DNA of 62,759 nt, counting the filler, from Choristocarpus tenellus KU-1152 (taxonomy: Eukaryota > Protista > Phaeophyceae): NCBI GenBank assembly GCA_964200185.2. It is 13 parts of 13 records of this genome, joined end to end, with 100 filler letters (N's around TTAATTAATTAA, not from the genome) between each part and the next. Parts side by side here need not be neighbours in the genome. Positions count along the whole stretch, not along the records: positions 60,026 to 62,759 come from CAXNAD020025213.1; 12 more parts are not named here. One strand, 5' to 3'. Within the stretch, counting starts at the first letter, position 1; every line of letters starts with the position of its first letter. Positions 60,767-62,759 of the stretch are shown one piece after another. The notes beneath the pieces were generated by a model that saw only the letters and a list, made by a program, of their open reading frames with translations, had not been told where the DNA came from and made no database searches. A program made the position numbers and the translations under genes.

Positions 60767-62476
60767 TGGTTCTGGAGTAGGTCAACAATGATCAACATAT
60801 CTGAAGGTATACCACAGAGAGAGGAAAGCTCGCGCTTAAGATCAGACACCTGCATGCCACACAGGCAGACATCACACACAGACTGGCGAGTCAATGTAAA
60901 ACAAAGTTTATCGCTGCATCACATTTGAATCACACCACACCACACCACATCACATCACCTCAATACATTAAAACACGCCTACCTGGATGCAAAAAATAAT
61001 GAATAAGAATTACACATGGTACAAACTCTTTTTACAAAATGAGAATCTTATATTCCTGTCCAACACAAGATGCTAAAAAAAAAACGAAATCACTCAAGAG
61101 GCACAGAACATTAAAAAAAGGCCCTTTATGCCTGGGCACGCAATGGAATCACTGACGCTAGCACACTAACAAACCCCTTTCACTACTACACTGGTATTGA
61201 TCAACTCTTTCCGCTCATTTTATCTAGAAAATATATATATATATATTTTCTGATCTCTAAAGAAAAAAAAAGCACAAAGTGCCCAAAAAATTCTGCCAAT
61301 GCCAAAAATACTACCAACACTAAAAAAAAAAGGTGGTTGTTGTCAACGGCATGCAGAGTATACCTCAAACCGCCACCAATATACCTCAAACTGTCATTCA
61401 ACCAATCATACCCTTCTGCCCCTGTAAATAATAACACTCTCAACAGCACCCTCCCATTCACAACAAAAGCCAATAACCTACCCCATATTCTCGATAGACC
61501 CCCTACTTCCATCTCATCCTTGACCAACCCCCCATCCCATCTCATACCTCTCCTATCCGAGGTAGCATAACTCCATAGCGGACAGGTACTAGGTGCCGTG
61601 GTATCCCTCCCTCTGTATCGCCATTAACCACATTGATCGCATTAACCACAAAAGTAACCATCACATTGCAGGCAAGGGCAACCAAAGATTGCAACCAAAG
61701 ATTGCAAGCAAACAAGCATGCAGGATCAGGGGTAGGGGTTTAGAGGAGAGGAGGAAGGCAGTGCAAGGCACCACCCACCAACAAAATATACTCTGGGCAA
61801 TCATGAACAACAACAAAGAAGATTATTTTTAAATAAATAACAAAAAAAACAAAGGGCTTTGGTTTGCTTGAGACTAGTTCACGGTAGAGTAGTGCGTTCA
61901 CTGTACAGTGGGTCAAACTTTCAGTTTTATTGTGACTAAAAAACCCCAACTGAATAACTAAACCTTTTCAGTTATTTCAATCAATCGTACCAAAGCTAAC
62001 TGAACTAACGCATTTCACAACACTGATAATAACATAAATATTAACAATAACAATAACAACACTACATAGCATCAACATCAACTTAAGACGCAAGACAGTA
62101 TTTAGAGTGAACACACTACAATTATATTGGCATGCCCCATGGACAAGAAGAACATAAGCAGCACAACAGTTAAGAGATACCAATTCCAGTTCTGGCACAT
62201 AAACGCACGCCTATTGTCACACTACGAACACCCCTATTCTCACTACCAACACTTCCTCCTCCGTCCCCCTTTACACCCTAACCCTAACCTTGGAGAAATT
62301 TAGCAAAAAAACAAAATGTGATGACAGCACACACACACACACACAACTACCTAGCACAAAACACATTAGGTGAAAGTAAAAAAAAGTCAACCTCACCTGA
62401 ATCAGCACCAGAGTCCTTAAGCATTCCACGAGTGGTGACCCTGGGAAGTAGAATGACTGCCACCATTTTCTCGCTT
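60767..62476 (-). CDS. Exons of a probable ubiquitin-specific protease (USP4/15/32-like insert region); candidate exons 62476-62397, 61612-61385, 60849-60767; partial
   Basis: CAG|VSDLKRELSSLCGIPSDMLIIVDLLQN|GTGAGT resembles the Ubl insert of USP4/11/15/32. The other two segments have canonical splice sites, but the full exon chain is not resolved. Confidence 0.45.
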
Positions 62477-62759
62477 CTGACAGGAATAGGTACTGACAGG
62501 TACATAAACGGATCAAAGCTTACAGACTGTTCCCCCCCCCCACCAATCCAATCAGAACAGTTTTAATGTTTGCAAAGTGGAGTCACGTTCACAAAGGGAG
62601 AGAAGGCAGGGCAAGGAAAGAGGTTGAAAGGGTTCACAGACAAAAAAAAACTTGGGTGCTAGAGGCACATACTTGTAAGATATACAGAGTGTGGATGGTG
62701 TGATAAGATTATTTTCTGGGGATTAGGGGAGGAGGTGGGGGGGGGGGGGGGGGAAAAAG

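Overview
This is eukaryotic genomic DNA, most likely from a photosynthetic stramenopile (brown-algal type). That assignment is inferred from the stramenopile-style Sin3 PAH1 sequence, the flagellar CFAP210-like exon, the Zn2Cys6 factor, GT-AG introns and (CCCTAA)n relics. The window is not one locus. It is 13 short contigs joined by artificial 100-nt spacers (N44-TTAATTAATTAA-N44), so adjacency across spacers carries no meaning. Host genes are fragmentary and intron-split, and the ORF track mostly misses them: SIN3 (first 3 exons), a complete two-exon Gal4-type Zn2Cys6 transcription factor, the 3' exons of a Ser/Thr kinase, a CFAP210-like exon, a coiled-coil exon and exons of a probable USP deubiquitinase. 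Much of the rest is transposon-derived. It includes a near-complete but inactivated tyrosine-recombinase (DIRS/Ngaro-type) retrotransposon with further fragments and 3' minisatellite arrays, a Copia gag-protease remnant, a gag-only LTR element, and pogo/Tigger, hAT-like and IS630/Tc1-like transposase relics. It also holds a dense population of MITEs. The most striking unexplained structure is a set of MITE families that make 4-bp target-site duplications. Two related families share a CAAAGTATCT TIR core, and two foldback types share AACAG...CTGTT termini. No CRISPR array, rRNA or intact tRNA was found.
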